A DNA stretch of 64,000 nucleotides. Source: Trichoplax adhaerens (Eukaryota > Animalia > Placozoa). Location of the stretch: assembly GCF_000150275.1 (NCBI RefSeq), contig NW_002060943.1, positions 8,006,066-8,070,065 on the forward strand, read 5' to 3'. The position numbers and the translations under genes were made by a program. Of this stretch, positions 43,504-62,230 are shown in pieces; within the stretch, counting starts at the first letter, position 1, and each line of letters opens with the position of its first letter. A model generated the notes under the pieces. It ran no database searches, had not been told where the DNA came from, and saw only the letters and a program-made list of their open reading frames with translations.

Positions 43504-44629
43504 TGATCTAAAAGTGTAGAGTAGAGATCAAAGAATCAATATAATACCTTTCAGATCTGTCCATTGGAGATATAGATTAGCAACTGCAGATAGAATAAGG
43601 TTTGCTACAGAATAGACCTCCAAGTACATGGGACACTTACTGTAGAGCTGTTCATATGGCATGCATTTACTACTATGATTAGAACTATTACCGGTAGGTT
43701 CTCGAACTATTCTACGCATTTGATTTATTGCAGATGGATAAATACTACGATCACTGTAATGAATAATGCTGTCCAGCAGAATGTTGTATTGACAGTGGTT
43801 GATATTCATTCGTAGCGACTATTTCTACTTCAACCGCCTAATTGTCAGTTGTACTATCCAGTCTACATAATTTTAACAGTCTAGTTTACATGCATAGACG
43901 AAGATTGATTACCACTCTCTTATTGCCTCATTACTGATAGCCAATAATTAACCGATTGAGTGATATATGAATTTGGTATACGCGTACGATATAAGAATTT
44001 CTGTTGTGATCACTCCTAACGAGTACTACCTCACTACTGCAGAAGGATTTGTGCCAATAATCCTCCATAACATAGTCCATAAGCTATCCATCTACTTGGT
44101 ACTCGAGATTAAGACTTAATAACTTAACCTACTTACAATATGATCGTTTACCGATAGTTTTGCTGCAATTCTATTTATTATTGTTGATTGGAGCTTGGAG
44201 CTTGGAAGGCCAAAAAGTTGAACAACTGCATCATTACAGTGCACAGCGTAAAGTATATACTGTATTGTAAGTGTATCCGTGGCGGGGCTTCGGCCTTACG
44301 GTACTGTACTGTATAATACTTATATATAGTATGGTGTATAGTAACATATATATGTTATACTGTATACATGTTATATATATGTTACGGCCAATGTCGGTAA
44401 TGAATATATATATATGTTATACTGTATATATGTTATATATACATATATATATATACATATACAGTATTCACTATATTCAGTATAGTAATGTGCATCTACT
44501 AAAAAAGTTGCGAGAGTGCAGTGTTCCTGGTAGCACTAGTATTCCATACTGTATGTACAGTATTGTATAGTAAAATTGTTAATACTAGTCGACGGCTAGA
44601 ATGTACTGCAGTACTTTAATCCATTAACC

Positions 44630-45675
44630 TTAAGGGAGTTTAGGTTAGCTGCTAAATTCTCGCATGGTTGTACTAGGAAATATAATTTGAGACGATAATA
44701 TCCAGTTTCAGTTCAATTTAAAAAATAAATAAATTAGTGTACAGATCTAGAGCTTTTAAAGAGCAGTACAAAGTTAGCTGCTTAATTCTCGCGTGGATTG
44801 TACTGGACAAATAATATGAGATGATAATATCTAATTTCAATTCAATTTAAAATAAAAATAACTCAATAAATAATAAATCACGTAGATATACAGATTTACA
44901 GCTTTTAATGAGTAGTATAAGGATAGCTACTAAATTCTAATATGAAGTGTAATGGAAAAATAATTTAAGATGATAATATCTAATTTCAATTCTATTTAAA
45001 ATAAAATAATTCAATAAATAATAAAACACGTAGATATACAGATTTACAGATTTCAATGAGTAGCACAAAGTTAACTGCTTAATTCTCGCATGGATTGTGT
45101 TAAAAAAATAATTTGAGATGATAATATTTAATATCAATTCAATTTAAAATAATGAATAAATAATAAAACACGTAGATATACAGATTTACAGCTTTTAATG
45201 AGTAGTATAAGGATAGCTACTAAATTCTAATATGGAGTGTACTAGAAAAATAATTTAAGAGATAATATCCAATTTTAATTCTATTTAAAAAATAAATAAA
45301 TGTACAGATCTAGGGCTTTTAATATGTAGTATAGGGTTAGCTGCTTTATTTTCGCGTAGATTGGACTAGAAAATTAATTTGAGATGATAACATCTAATTT
45401 CAACTCAATTTAAAAATAAACAAAGTTGCAGAGTTAGAGCTTTTAATGATCATAAGTAGCACAAAGACTAGCTTCCAAATTCTTGCATGAATTGCACTAG
45501 AAAAATTTGAGATGATAATTTCCAATATTTTAATTCTATTTAAAAATAAGTAGATGTACGTATACTATAGATCTAGAGCTTTTAGTGAGTAGTACAAAGT
45601 TAATCAGTAAATTCTCGCATTGATTGTACTAGAAAAATAATTTGAGATGATAACATCCAATTTTAATTCAATTTA
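44630..45675. repeat. Tandem array of 8 units of about 125-150 bp with partial dimeric higher-order structure
   Basis: Unit core GCTGCTAAATTCTCGCATGG..TGTACTAG..TTTGAGATGATAATATC..TTCAATTTAAAAATAA..CAGATCTAGAGCTTTTAA at about 44648, 44777, 44926, 45074, 45216, 45340, 45471 and 45606. Confidence 0.95.
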
Positions 45676-46982
45676 TATACGGAGTAGTACATGAGGCAAT
45701 TTCTAATTGTGTAAGAAATGATGTACTATTCATAATAAATAAACAACAATATACTCTTGATTTAGGTTTCTTAATTCTTCTCAGTACTCTATTATTTTCA
45801 GGGTATGCTTGGCGATACTTATACCACTGTGCATGGACACTGAATTCAATTTGGTATTATTAGCTATAAGTCAACGTTAACGTTAATTTTTTCTAACATT
45901 ATAGTCTCTACCTTGAATGAATAAAACTTATCTAGACAGTAAAATCTTGGAAAATTGAAAGGTGATAATAAATTGATAGTATACATCTACTGGAAGAGTT
46001 TAATAATGGATATGAAATATCCTCGTACTTTCGATGAATATCGTTACATGATAAAATTTTAAAATTACAGCAGTAAAGTATTCGTAACGTATTGGCTATA
46101 GTTTTATGTGCTATCAATACATCCATATCCATATGCTATCCCTTTTTACCCTACATAAATCGTGGACATTTAGTATACCTAAGTGTACCCTATAACCTCG
46201 CATATACAATTGTACACGTATATTAGCTTGCATTATGATTACATTAAAATTGCTTGCATGCTACGTACCTGTCTGAATTCGTTCGTGTTATGCAGCAACA
46301 ATAGTTACAATTAGCGATTTGATGGGCAATATATGCGTCTATCATAAATATATTAGGAACGCCTTATGAAATCTTAATGCAGATGTCTATATTGTATTAG
46401 TATGTACACACTACTACGTAGGTATAGGGTAGTTATCCATGTTAGAATTTAATCAGTCGTTTCGGATCTCCTAAAAGTAACCGCATAGCTCAAACAGAGA
46501 CTTCAAAATTTTTTATTGAAAGTTTCCTGGCTCAAATAACACGCATATATCACTTCACTAACAATCACACATGCTGTACTCTTGTAGTTATACTGTATAT
46601 GGCTTACTATTTATTGAATCATGTATGGAGAGCAATGGATACTATGCGGGTAAATACATGCTAATTTGCACATTTTTTATTTCAAGTCCATTATTCTCTT
46701 CATCGTTGCAGTTAGTAAAGATTAATCTGAATCACCAGGTAATCGCGGAGATTGATTTACATACACGTAGTAGTATACGGCATAACCAGTGAATATTAAT
46801 TAAATGTTTATCTACTAAATTGGTAATTAGAGTTTCAACATCGGTTTTGCTACACTATCGTGCTATGGAAAATAATACAATGAGCGTGCTACAATCTAAT
46901 GTAGTGATTGCAATAATTACTAGTCTGCACTTATTAGGAGCCAATTTTCAACAGGGTAGTAGATAGTATACATTTCTGCACG

Positions 46983-49057
46983 TTAGAATGCAGGCTTGGG
47001 CTTAGTTTCTTCCCAGTGAGCTATTTTGGGAAGAGCTGCAACCCTTTGGTACAGAGATTTTAGTCTGTCGCTGCTGACATCGCCAACCAAACCAGAAACA
47101 GTCTTTATCATGCGATAGTACGCCAAGTCAGCATAGGTTAACGAGTTTCCAAGTAAGTAATCTCCACCGCTACTTTCATACAATCTATCAAGATTTCGCA
47201 AGAATTTAGGAACGGTTTCTTCCTTAAACTTTTTTTGAAGTTCAGCCTAGTTGCAAGTGTTCGATTCAAAAGGGTATAAAATTACAATTTTTACTGTTAA
47301 GACAATAACCTACTGTAAATAGCAGTATCGACGATTACCTTTTTTTCAGGATCTTGCTCAAAGTAAGCACACTTCCAGAAATTTTCCAAAACATCATCAT
47401 CTATAGCACTAACATACATGTCAGCTAAGGCTTCTTCTTCCAAGTTTTTACCTGCCAATCCTGGCATAGTAGTACAATACAGTAAGTCAATAACAAAGAT
47501 AGTAATACCAAGTTAATACACCGTATAAATAAAATGATGATTAGGACGGTACACCATCTTTATCTTAGCATTGTATAAGGTATGGAACAAGCAAATGTGG
47601 AATTCAATATTAGAAGAAAATATACCTGCTAGACGTGCAGCGTAGCGAGCAATTGCTCGACTTTGACATATTTTCTGTCCGTTGACTTCTAACACGGGTA
47701 CTTGGGTGAAAGGAAAACCACCTAGTACGGGAAGATATTTTGGTAAGATGATCGGTATTATCTATAACATTAAGTAATGGATTTACTGATGCATTTTATG
47801 TTATATTATATGTTTTACATATAATTAAAACTACACACAAAAGCCCCAGGTGCGATTATTACAGTATTGTACAAATGAGTAGATATCAAAATAGAAACCG
47901 AAGATAGTTATCATGAGAATACATGCACAACTACTACAGCATTGAAATTAAAAATTAGCCTAATATTCAATTCACTTCTGTCATTAAGGCATCAATAAAA
48001 TTCTACTCGTTCCTTGTAAGTTTACACCCTCTGTAGTAAATTGGCAGAATTTGAATTGATGACGTTGTCCATTCGCACAAATATATTGCTACTGTACAAA
48101 CAGTATCTGCAGTAGTAGACTAAGTAACAGATCAGCAGTTTCAAATGCACGCTAATTGTAAATACAGTATCGTACTGTACTTTGTTGTAAAGTTCAGAAA
48201 ATAGTTTGTACAAATTCTTTATTATACAGTATGTCCAGCGCCTGGACTGGACTCCTGGCAGAGATGTTGATTATTTTGCTTCCATGGACAATGGACATGC
48301 TTACGGAATTGAGCGGTATCTTGTGCATTTGAGCATCGCAGGTTTACAGCATTCTGCTAGCATGGCTAAATACAACCTGAATTCGAAGTAGACTAAATAG
48401 AATTGTTCTAAAATTGCAATTTGAAAACAGTATCTGTAACCAACTAAAGCTACCTAATGACTATAGCATAGTAGTCATCAAGCACACGGTGGAAATCAAT
48501 CGGTCGTACAGTATGTAGACTAATAAGAGTTTTTATGACTCTTGTATGCGAAATAGAAGCTCGAACAATGGCGATGTTGAGAAGATTTATAAGGTTAGCA
48601 AGGAGGATTTGCTGTCCAATACGATTCACAGGATCCACAATCTCATGGTAGCAGAGTTACAAATGAGATTTCAATTAATTCATTAATTGGAGTGGCGTTC
48701 TCTGCATGTCATCAGCGTATCCATGCAGCAAACAAGCCGATGACGTTGTTAGGAACATCTCATCCTTCCCATGCAGTTAAGGTGGAAATTCAGAAAATAG
48801 CAAACTAGGCTATCATTGGCCAAACTGTTGTTTTCATGCTACTTCCTATTTGCTAATTTCAAATTACAGTACGGGATCGTCTTTGAAGCTATATTGGCCG
48901 AGCTCGTATCCTATGGGTGCATTGACTCACCTTCAGCTTTAATTTTAGGCCAATCTTTAAACTCGAAGCGGAAATCCTCAAATTCAATGCCACCTTGGAC
49001 TAGGACCAACCGAATCAATTCAGCACGAACTTCGCCGTTAAAATAAATCAATTTCAT
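46983..49057 (-). CDS. Cytosolic glutathione S-transferase, sigma-class-like, 202 aa, 4 exons
   Basis: Exons 48931-49057, 47626-47721, 47339-47460 and 46983-47246 total 609 nt in frame: MKLIYFNGEVRAELIRL, PFTQVPVLEVNG, QSRAIARYAAR, YLLGNSLTYADL. The N-terminal catalytic Tyr is present. Confidence 0.95.
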
Positions 49058-49339
49058 GATGTAATTTTTCCACAGCTACAAGAGATGCCAGAGCCAAGAC
49101 CAAGCAAGTAAAAGTGCTGAAATGCAACTGCAGCTTGTTATTGATGTAGTAGAGAAGAGCAATTTTGGTTTTGTTGTTGGTTTGTAGAAGACATTTAATT
49201 TGCATACTGTATACGATCTGCAGTAGCCAATACAAACGAGCAAACAATAGCAAATTTGTTCTGATAAATTACTTGATCCAGTATGGCTCCATCGAGCCGT
49301 TTCGTGCCACTAGAGGGCAGCAGCATCAACCTATTGTTA

Positions 49340-49375
49340 AAAATGCTGCGTCAAGTCACGTGGTTACTACGTCAT
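49340..49375 (-). promoter_or_regulatory. Candidate ARE (CNC-sMaf), E-box and CRE-like cluster about 290 bp upstream of the GST start
   Basis: AAAATGCTGCGTCA (TGACGCAGC on minus, fits TGACnnnGC; 49345-49353), GTCACGTG 49355-49362, TACGTCAT 49368-49375. Confidence 0.4.
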
Positions 49376-50455
49376 CTTATGACCGTGTTGTATTTGTTTG
49401 TTTTAAACTGTATTGTACTGAGTATGGCTAATAAGTATAGTATAGAACTGTACAGTCTACTAGGGACATTTTGTAGTCACATATCCACTTCTACAGTATA
49501 GTATGTCTACAAGCAACATGGCGTGATGTTGTAATGTTGATGTTAGTCTTGTTTTGTAGGGGTACTGTATAGTAGAATTTAATTTTCTCAATTCATACGC
49601 GTGGTGTCGGTATTCTTTTATACTCAGATACATGGACAGTTGATCACAACGTTTTAATGAATACTACAATCATGCCGCAAATACCGAGAATAGAACAGGA
49701 ACGTGGGAGTGCTGTTGCAGTAAAGTCCATGTGTAACGCGTGCTTTTACGCGACCTATTTTGCCTGGCGATGTGTCTGCAGACCGTATACCATACTGCTT
49801 AAAACCAACTTTGCAGGCTAATAGTAGCTAATTTGGATGTCAATCGGGGACAGTACAGTATAGTGTAGCATTACAGATATGCGATACAGCTGAAATAAGC
49901 AGTAAAATAATCAGCTTCCAAATTATCACGAGTGAACAACCATTTGCTGTTCGTAGTCCTTGCTTGATGGTACTGTGCAGTACTGTACACTGTGTACAGT
50001 AGCTACTGTATTTGACCATAGACTCCTGGGCACCAGTGGGCATGAAACTCCTTTGGACGGACAGACATTTATCCTAGTTTGGTCAATAAATTGTGTCAAA
50101 CACTTCATGATGATAGTACTTTAGTATGCAGACAGTCGACTCTAAATTGACCGATTTTTCTAAATGAAGTAATATTCCATTGCCTGTTACTAAGCTCTGC
50201 TTAGAAGCAGTCAATTTAGATCATGAATGCTATTCAAATGAATACGAGTGATTTCAAAAACCGACACGGAAGACCTACTCTACTGTACTGTATATAGATG
50301 AGTAATTATTTTTCGACATTTTCGGCCTTATCTAGTATGAAAGTCCGTCCATCCGAGGAGAGTTTCATGTCCAGGTATTTTTTCTACTCTACAGTACATG
50401 TACAGTGTACACTGTACAGTATAACGGAGTAGTGACTGACTCGCGGACAGATGCC

Positions 50456-50534
50456 CTCTTTCCAAAATCCAAGTAGTATTTATGCGCAGGCTCGAGCTAA
50501 AGACGATCTCTTGCAGCCATTTTTACATCATAAG
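50456..50534 (+). promoter_or_regulatory. Probable TCT initiator / 5'TOP non-coding first exon of RPL8
   Basis: CTCTTTCC at 50456-50463 matches the ribosomal-protein TCT start consensus. Strong donor AAG|GTAAGC at 50534/50535; acceptor TTATAG ends at 51512, just before the RPL8 ATG. Confidence 0.6.
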
Positions 50535-51520
50535 GTAAGCATGGTGCCCTTCGATATTATCGTGAGGAATCTTGTCAATCTTTCTTGTAGGCAATATCAT
50601 TTCATATTGAAAACGGATAGATCAATCATTTTTGAACAATATTTTTACTTTTTTTTCCATTCTTAATGTTCAACTTGATTACTACACGATATTCTTCTTG
50701 CCTCTGTAACACTACATCATAAAAATGCCAGCAGTACATCGACAGTATGGAGGACTATCCTATAGCCAACACTTACTTTAAGACTCGGTTACAACTTACT
50801 ACTCGTGTGTTATGTCCGCGACTATAAGTTTAGTTATGTTCTCTTAATTGGCTTGAAATAATCTGGAATTTTAGTCAGTTTTAGACTAGGATGCTAAAAC
50901 TTAAAATAGATTTTAAATTTTCGGATAGCGTTGATTTAGTTATGCGGTTGCTAGTAAATGGTCTGTCTCATTTTACTTTTAATGTACTACTTGAATATTA
51001 TCAGGACTTTTAACTACTATTGAAGTTAGGCATGATGTCTAATTTATAGTACATACGGGAGATGGGTAGCTGAAATTCGTTATAACAGGATTACTGATAC
51101 GTATGCTTGTAGGCGTTGTGCAGTACGATAGCGCCGATGGTAGTTGTGATATTTTGATGAACTGTATGCAGTGTTTCTACTCATCTTGTTAGTGTTTGGT
51201 GGCAACGGCATAATATAGACGAAAGAGAGAGCGACAAGAAAGTAGTACTAACCGAGAACTCTACTGTACCCTAATAGTCTAATTATCATGAGTAATGGTA
51301 GACGCTCGATCATTCATGAAATGTCACATGTCTTGCAATTTACTTCTACATCAACATGCAGTACTATATTTTCCATCCTGCATACCAATAAAATCTTCTT
51401 TCATCAGCTGAAGAGTCTCGACAGTACTGTATGATTATTATCTCTAGCTGCCTTCTGGCGAAAAAGTAGTGATTGAAATACATGTGTTATTAACTTAATT
51501 TTTGTGTTATAGTTGTAGTC

Positions 51521-52592
51521 ATGGGCCGTGTTATAAGAGGTCAAAGAAAGGGAGCTGGAAGTGTATTTCGCTCTCATGTACAACATAGGAAAGGAGCCGT
51601 AAAACTACGTGTGTTGGATTATGCAGAAAGGCACGGCTATATTCGTGGTATTGTTAAAGAAATAGTTCACGATCCTGGTCGTGGTGCACCTTTAGCCAAG
51701 GTAGCATTTCGGGATCCATACCGCTACCGACTAAGGACTGAAACATTCCTTGCTGTTGAAGGAGTATATACAGGACAATTTGTATACTGCGGTAAAAAAG
51801 GTAGGAAAATGATTCTCTAACTGATATCTCCATCACCTGAACAGTCAGATTAGAATTCTACTTTTCACTATTTTATTTGATGTTGTTGTAATCGCACGAC
51901 TTTAACTAACATGCGTATTGATTCATTTTAGCTAATTTAACGATGGGCAATTGCATGCCTATTGGCGAAATGCCCGAGGGTACCGTGGTATGCGGTGTTG
52001 AAGAAAAGCCTGGTGACCGTGGTAAAATAGCCAGAGCTTCCGGCAACTCTGCAACTGTTATTTCGCATAATCCTGATTCTGGACGTACACGTGTTCGATT
52101 ACCTTCCGGTGCTAAGAAGGTTCTTTCATCCTCTAGCCGAGCTATCGTCGGGATTGTTGCTGGCGGTGGACGTACTGAAAAACCATTGTTGAAAGCTGGT
52201 AGAGCTTATCATAAATTTAAAGTAAAGCGTAACTGTTGGCCTCGTGTGCGTGGTGTGGCCATGAATGTAAGTGTCCTACTAGTGTTTAGATAGTAATCCT
52301 TGGTGCTTTCCTTATCTGTATAGAAAATCATGGCACTATACTATAGACCAGTATATTGTACAATACTGAAAAAATAGCTACTATTGAACTGGTGGAATAT
52401 ATATGTTACTAATATTAATTTTTCATTTTATTATAGCCTGTCGACCATCCACATGGTGGTGGTAACCATCAACATATTGGTACACCATCAACTGTTAGAC
52501 GTGACACTCCTGCAGGTCGTAAAGTCGGTCTTATTGCTGCTAGGAGAACTGGTCGTCTACGTGGTGGTAGTAAATCATTTGATAAGGATTAA
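51521..52592 (+). CDS. RPL8: 60S ribosomal protein L8 (uL2), 256 aa, 3 coding exons
   Basis: Exons 51521-51800, 51932-52266 and 52437-52592 (771 nt): [60 protein letters not shown]. Confidence 0.99.
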
Positions 52593-54115
52593 GCGAAAGA
52601 ATTTAAAAATGGCACTGTTGTACAATGTAACATTTCTTAATTAAGAAATAAAAAACGATCATTCGATGTTGATAGTATAAATTACATAATAAGGTGTTGA
52701 CTTACTTTATGGTATTACTTACTGCTTGATAATGCGAATGATGTATTCTAACCATGGAGTTCAGTTGGCTTTGTTAGTAGTGTAGGTCTACGTCAATTTC
52801 TAGATACCTACTTTGTGCATGTGGTCAACGTAAAACTCATTTGTTATTACAACGTGGTTAAGATGTTCTCGACGTCATTAGTAACATTCAAGTAGTAAAA
52901 TGCTTAACCGCTGTTGATATCAAAGGTTGACTCAAGAAGCAAACCTTACTACTTATTTAGCGGTCGGCTACAGTAAGCTTAGCATTTAATTCAGTTCATA
53001 CAGTACGGCACATAAATTGCAAGGGCAAAATGTATTTAGTAACAAAAGGCGAATTTTACCACATGCTCGTAATGTGTGAGTGCTGTACATTCGTATATTG
53101 AACGATGAAAATTTATGCAGTACAGTACTGTACAGTAATCCTCGGTAATCTACTTGAACTTTACAATATCATCGATTGCTCTACTGACTGATAGCTAGTA
53201 TAAAATGGTCAAAATAAGATAAAGTCAAAGTTTTTTATTAACGTAATATAATGCTTCAATATAAGAGTATGCATGACAGCGGTCCGATTTACGGTTGATA
53301 CATAGGCATTATACAATATTATAATATACCTTTTTAAGAGTAACAGAATACAATTCCGTAAAGATCATAAGCGCATTCAGTAAGAGAACAGATGGCTTGT
53401 CTTTCTTAAAGCAAATAAATACGCACATCTTAACAAGTTAAACTTGGATAGGACGAGGGTTTTAAGTTCAAAATACTTGAAAGCACCTCATTGCATTCTA
53501 AGCCTTCAAAATGAATTTACTGTCGTAAATGTGCACAGTATTTATACCCCTGTTATAAAACTTCGATTCAACTTGAAATACAAATGACCCACATTTGCAA
53601 AGACTAAAAGCGCGTGTAAAGCATATACTACATAGAAATATGGTAATAAAATAACACAGTACGTAATTTCTGAGATTTACAGTAAAAAAGCTGTCCATAA
53701 TATCGTTATTTTCTCTGTAATAAACACAATCGAATTAAAAAATTTCAAATAAATGCGTACCAAAGGCGGTATAATCAGATCATGATATAAATACTATAAT
53801 TATTGCTTTACCCAATACATACATTTATATTTAATGCGAATTTTTTAAAAGTAGCATTCTTACTGATATACAAAATACATAAACTACCCTACTATACTTC
53901 GACCAAAGCAGTATAGGAACATCGAAATAAATCTATACATTAATTAACTAGAGAATCAATACATAAAGCGGTATTTATAATTTGCAAAGACCCATCGAAG
54001 CCTGGTAAACGGTACTGTAAGAAACATACAGTACAAAACACTGTCAACTCACAATGTTAAGGCACGAATACAGTGCATTTGTTTAAAGCAATGGAATTCA
54101 TAGCTTTTTGAAGTT

Positions 54116-60303
<6,188 letters not shown>

Positions 60304-60819
60304 GGCGAATAAAAAATTCTATCTTTATCTTGACAACAACAATTACGTCGATAATCGATAACGAAGTTGAGTTTAGTGATTTTCCCTAAGTTAAAAGATA
60401 AACTGATTACATTCATTGCATGGCAAGTTAACTTTATATAGTAAGAACTAGTTGGATCAGCTTTTTAGTTGCTTTTCAAGCGCCCGTTTAAGAGATCAAC
60501 AACTATGGTGTTTTTTGTCATAGAGTATGTAACAACAATATAAAGTTGAATAGCGATCAAATTAGGATAATTAATCAAAGCTTCCAAAATGGTACAGCGG
60601 TTGTAGGATAACTGATTACTTTTTTACATCCGAGTAGTTTACTTAAGTTAACAGTGTTAAACCAGCGCTTACTTTTGGCTAGAAGCTTAGGCTTAAAAAA
60701 AGCATTTGTAAAATTAAATCGATGTCAGTACTGTACAATTTGACTTCATCTTACGTAAACTTTATTGAAGAGTAACATTTACCAGACTATGACTATACAG
60801 TACTATACTATCAGTGATG

Positions 60820-61360
60820 AAATGAGCGCTGTGGAATGTTCCATCGCAAAGCGGTTACCGCATCAAAAGAAACTGTTACTTTTTTGTGACCATAGTATGT
60901 ACTGCCAAGTCGCCGATAATTATGTGCTGTAATAACACTATCAAAACTATCATTATAGATTACACTGATCATGGTGTTACTATGTCTCCGGTTCTTACAA
61001 AGTCTGCCATAACAAGTGTAAAGCAATTAACAATTTGCTAAGTTGGAGTATGTTTCTAGCTCAATTTTAAATGACTTGGATTGGTCATTGAGACAGAAAT
61101 GCATCATTGACTTTGGGCATTATTTTGTTTCTGGTGAAAAAGCCATTATGGTTTCTAAATTGAACGCATATGAAAATTGATATTTTCCGATAAGTCTATG
61201 CCATTGTATGGTCTTGGAGTTAGGTTTGGTGTACAGTATAGTGCATGGTAGACTCGTTTATGCATTCATCAAGTGACTGGATATAATATAGTGGTGTAGC
61301 AGGCAAGACGGAGCGATTGCGTATCAGCGGAAAGGTCGGAACTGGTTGAAAATTTAGCCA
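60820..61360 (+). pseudogene. Probable decayed protein-kinase domain with no obvious introns
   Basis: Ordered remnants: SKE/LLLFCDH (alphaC), IIIDYTDHG 60949-60975 (hinge), CIIDFG 61100-61117, KIDIF and YGLGV (subdomain IX-like), I*WCSRQD 61286-61309 and ELVENL 61339-61356 (subdomain XI-like). Stops and frameshifts lie between blocks. Confidence 0.5.
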
Positions 61361-62049
61361 ACACCAAACAGCTTGCTCTTGATAATTTTATACCGAAAAG
61401 ATAATTAATTATTTGTAACTAGTTTAGACAAGATGTGATGATCACTAGCGGTAAGGCGCACCCTCGAGACTACCGTAGACTATGCCAAGACCTAGACACA
61501 GATGATTGCTCTTGAACGAAGTTAATATACTTTACACATCTGTGCCATGATTTCCATTGATAAGAAAATCCAGTCGGCGTTCACTCTTAGTTTTTATCCT
61601 TTTAAATTGTGATGGTGTACTATTGATAATATTCTATAGGTATCTACGTTTATTGCATTTCATTAAGAGTCTTCAACGAGATATCATATAGCAATTGTAA
61701 AATTGGATTGTCTGCTTTAGCGCGTTACAACAAAGCTCTAGTTGTTATCATTACCTTGTTTAAGAAATCAAGATTTTAGTGCTCTTCATTTCTTAGCGAC
61801 CCTAATTGGCATGGATATATATATTACAGCTACTTCAACAACGTAATCGGCACGGTATAATGTACAAGATGTTGAAACTTCTTTTCCTTGGCAGTCTTAA
61901 CTCTTTCGGCTAGATGAGTAATGGTGATTCTACTCTATTTATTTAACAAGCAGAAATCAGCCAGATAGCCAACACCAACCTTTCCAATCCAGGTCTCTAT
62001 GGCCTCCAATACGCCACAGTGGTAACGGTATACTGAACCACCAGTGTGC

Positions 62050-62230
62050 ATGTCTACTGTACAGTACAGTAGCAGAAGTGCTGTACACAACCGTATGGCA
62101 TTTTGAAGATGTACAGTACTTGAGTACAGTACAATGCGTTTTTGTACTGTACTGTACAGTATCTTTTTAATGCGTAGCGGCGGAATACAGTACTGTACTG
62201 TATACTGTGGTACTGTACACTGTACAGTAG
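62050..62230. repeat. Dense cluster of TACTG/CAGTA pentamers and TACTGTACAGTA palindromes
   Basis: 12-mer palindrome at 62055 and 62150, ACTGTACAGT at 62219, plus runs such as tacagtactgtactgtatactgt. Confidence 0.85.

Noticed and set aside
44630-45675. Regular array as a possible CRISPR
   Set aside because: Whole units are homologous with no unique spacers, there are no cas genes, and the context is eukaryotic.
45932-46150. Minus-strand ORF with TPR-like HMDMDVLIAHKTIANTL
   Set aside because: Single weak match with no second repeat or supporting exons.
48923-48929. AP-1 site TGACTCA in the GST gene
   Set aside because: It is the reverse complement of the GTGAGTCA splice donor, so it needs no other explanation.
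49671-49821. Short ORF containing GSAVAVK (kinase subdomain II-like)
   Set aside because: No glycine loop or later kinase motifs.
51032-51097. C/D snoRNA candidate (ATGATGT ... CTGA ... CTGA)
   Set aside because: Imperfect C box, no adjacent terminal stem, and no guide match I can verify.
60824-60935. HQKKLLLFCDH as a B-box zinc finger
   Set aside because: Later Cys/His ligands do not fit, and the segment is better explained as part of the kinase relic.
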